A stretch of DNA of 64,000 bases from the human T2T-CHM13v2.0 reference genome, Homo sapiens. Each line of letters opens with the position of its first letter. The stretch's first letter is position 1. The notes under the pieces are model-generated. The model was not told where the DNA came from and did no database searches. It saw only the letters and a list, made by a program, of their open reading frames with translations. The position numbers and the translations under genes are program-made. The stretch lies in the NCBI RefSeq assembly GCF_009914755.1, contig NC_060944.1; one strand, written 5' to 3'. Shown here piece by piece: positions 61,433 through 64,000 of this stretch.

Positions 61433-63384
61433 TGATTCTATTTCATCTTCAGAGATGAGTCTCTGCTTTGTTAGACAAAACTTCTCCAATGGGAAACCAA
61501 GGCCAGGGAGGGAAATGACCTTGCCCAAGGACACACAGTGGCTGGAACCAGAGCTGGGGCAGGACACCCAGCAGCTTACATGAAGCCCTAGGGCAAATAA
61601 GAAAAAGGCACCCCACTCTGGGCAGGCAGAGCTCCATGGGCACTTCGCTTGGCAAGTGGAACAAGGGCTGGGTTTCCATCCCTACCTGCCCTCTTGGCTG
61701 GAGAACCTTTGTGCAGTGAGCAACCTGCACAACTGTACAGGGCAGTAACTCTGATCTGAGCCTCAGGACTTCCAAACACTTCACCTTAGTGACCTGGCAA
61801 ATCCCTGGGGCCCCTCAGAACAAGAGTATGGGGAGACCAAGGGTGGCTTCTGGGATGTGGGCTCAGCCCTCACTCCCCAAACCAGAGTCTGGGTCAGGCA
61901 GGGGCTCCCATCAGCCTTCAGGCCCCACAAGGGCCGGGAAGGCCGCATCTAATTCCCAAGGTCACCCCTGCAGATAAATTCAGGAACATAAACAGGAGGG
62001 ATGAACATAAACAGGAGGACAGCAACACCCTCAGCCCAGATGTCATAAGCCACCTGGCAGGAGGCAGCCTGCGGAGAAGCTCCACCCACACAGATCCAAG
62101 TCCTCCTGGCTTCCTTCCTGATCATTCTCCAGACCATACTCTCTGCCCTACCTCCGGAGCCTTACAGTCAGCATCTCCCACAGTGCCCTGCTCTCTGCCC
62201 TTCTCCTGGCCATCTCTCACTGGCATCCCTGGAAGGGAAGGGTAGCCCTGGAGTTAGAGGCACAGACTCTAGAGACAGACTGCCCAAGTTCCAATTCCAC
62301 TTCTTGTTTCTCATCAGCTGTGTGAGCATGGGTATATGGCTCAACCTCCCTGTGCCTCTGGTGTGTAAAAAATTGGTGAAAACATTGCCTACCTCCCAGA
62401 GTGGCTGGGAGGATCAAGGAAGTAACACATGCAAAGCTCCTAAAACAGCTGCATATCCAGTGGCCATGATGATCAATGTGTATATTTTGCTTCATTTCAT
62501 TTTCATGACAACCCTGGAAGTTAAGTATTATAATTCCCAATTTACAGGTGAAGAAACTGAGGCTCAGAGAGGTGGAGAGAGTCAGGGCAGGGCTCTACAT
62601 CTTTTTTTGTGATAGGGACTGGGCATCTGTCTTTAATTTTAAAAAATCTTTTTAAAAAATAGACACAGGGTCTCACTATGTTGCCCAGGCTGGTCTCAAA
62701 CTCTTGGGCTCAAGTAATCCTCCCATCTCAGCCTCCCAAAGTGCTGATGCCTCCAGAGACAGGACGTGGCTGAGATGGATTATAACGTAGTCTCCGGTTT
62801 GCAGTGCCTGGCTGCTGGTCATATCCTCACAGGGCCCATGGGACACAGAGCCAGGTGCATTCCCCTGACTTGGGTCTTCCAATGGCTCTCAGGCACCTCT
62901 CTGCTTCCAGCCAGCCCTGGGAGGAGGGGGAGAACGGCATGGCAAGGCGTTTGCAGAGCCGTCTTGTTCACCAATGTCTTTCAAGACATTGCCCGGGTCC
63001 ACAGAGAGCCCACCATTCATTCCCATGCTGGCTGGAGCCCCTGAATACCCGAGGTGACCTTCTGTCCTTGGACAAGTCACTTCCCCCTCTGATCTCCATC
63101 TCCCCATCTGTGCAATGAGGGGATGGGGCTGAATCAGTGGTTTTCCAACCCTCAAATAAAATATTAAGACTACATGTAAAAGGGAGTCGCTGGTTGAAGC
63201 TGGGCCTGTGGATGCATACCCTTGGCTCCTGGGAGCCTCGGAACCCAGCTTGAAAAACCCCAGCCCACATCCTCCTAAAGATTCTCCTGGCTCTGACACT
63301 GCAGAGTTCTAGAACCCCAAGCTCAAAGCTGCCGCTTCCCATCCCTGTTTGGAAAGCTCTCCCCCAGCTGCCTTTATCTCTCTT

Positions 63385-63720
63385 TGGTAACAGAGCAAAT
63401 TTGCTCAGGACCCAGCACAGGGGGAACAAGCAGACTGTTGACTCTTGAGCAAAGCCTCTTCTTTGGAGAGCAGCCGAGGTGGCCGTGGGCTATGCGTTGG
63501 GAGGCCAGCGGCCTCTTGCATAACCCTGGAGGCCTCCTGCCCACCCAGGCCTTTTCAGGGTTAGGGGTGAGGAAAACCGCAAACTCATGCCCAGTTAATT
63601 TTTTAAGGCAAAATCAACAGGCTCAGCAATGATTAGCAGCTGGGTAAGTTGGTCTTAATCAGGCTAAGGACAGGGAGGGAGGAAGGAGGCCCAGGGATGG
63701 GGCCCAGTTATCAGTTAACC
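63385..63720. promoter_or_regulatory. Probable HNF4A P1 distal enhancer (about 6-6.5 kb upstream of P1)
   Basis: Repeat-free motif cluster: FOXA TGTTGAC 63436-63442, C/EBP TTGCATAA 63516-63523, HNF1 half-site GTTAAT 63594, HNF1-like GCTAATCATT (minus) within 63625-63637, HNF6-like AAATCAA 63611, GRE half-site GGAACA 63423. Position fits the published HNF1/FOXA/C-EBP enhancer (recalled). Confidence 0.65.
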
Positions 63721-63799
63721 ACATGAATGTTGCTTCCTTCCAAACCCACTGGCCTTCAGCCCCAAGCTCCCTCATCTTCCTCTCGGAAATACTCCTGTG

Positions 63800-63863
63800 A
63801 CAAGCCAGTGGCCACCCATCATCGGGTGAACAAGCCAGTGGCCACCCATCATCGGGTGAACAA
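63800..63863 (+). repeat. Perfect 30-bp tandem duplication
   Basis: caagccagtggccacccatcatcgggtgaa at 63801-63830 and 63831-63860. Confidence 0.95.
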
Positions 63864-64000
63864 ACACAATGCCACTCATGGTCTGTGATGAAGTAGAAAG
63901 TGCTCGTTGTTAAGACAAAGCTCACCCACCACCGCTGCGTGGACTTGAGCAAGTCCCTTTCACCCTCTGAGGCTCCGTGAGGGGCCCCAGGTCTGGGCCC

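Noticed and set aside
63800-63863. 30-bp repeat with internal palindrome, superficially CRISPR-like
   Set aside because: Two adjacent copies, no spacer, eukaryotic context.

Overview
Human (primate) genomic DNA, very Alu-rich, recognisable as chr20q13.12. It contains the complete 5-exon R3HDML gene on + (CAP/CRISP-family secreted protein; exon phases reconstruct to 762 nt = 253 aa + stop). About 4.5 kb downstream is the HNF4A distal P2 promoter with exon 1D (MVSVNAPLGAPVESSY). The long first intron follows, with the 222-nt alternative exon 1E (MSDWGQGFPQDPP) and, at the right end, the probable distal enhancer of the P1 promoter. P1, exon 1A and the DNA-binding-domain exons lie beyond the window. 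The rest is Alu, L1, L2, MIR, MER and MLT repeats, a Y1 RNA pseudogene and microsatellites. I see no new multi-gene system. The most interesting sequence-level observations are: a layered uORF architecture in P2 transcripts (1D and 1D+1E); a triple-CCAAT/CTCF CpG-rich element in the intron; a 27-nt mini-retrocopy with a perfect TSD; a Y1/Alu double insertion at one nick site, with a possible 3' transduction tag; a 138-bp templated local duplication; and several fold-back/template-switch scars. Gene names, MODY variant numbering, repeat family names and lncRNA extents are recalled knowledge, not database searches.
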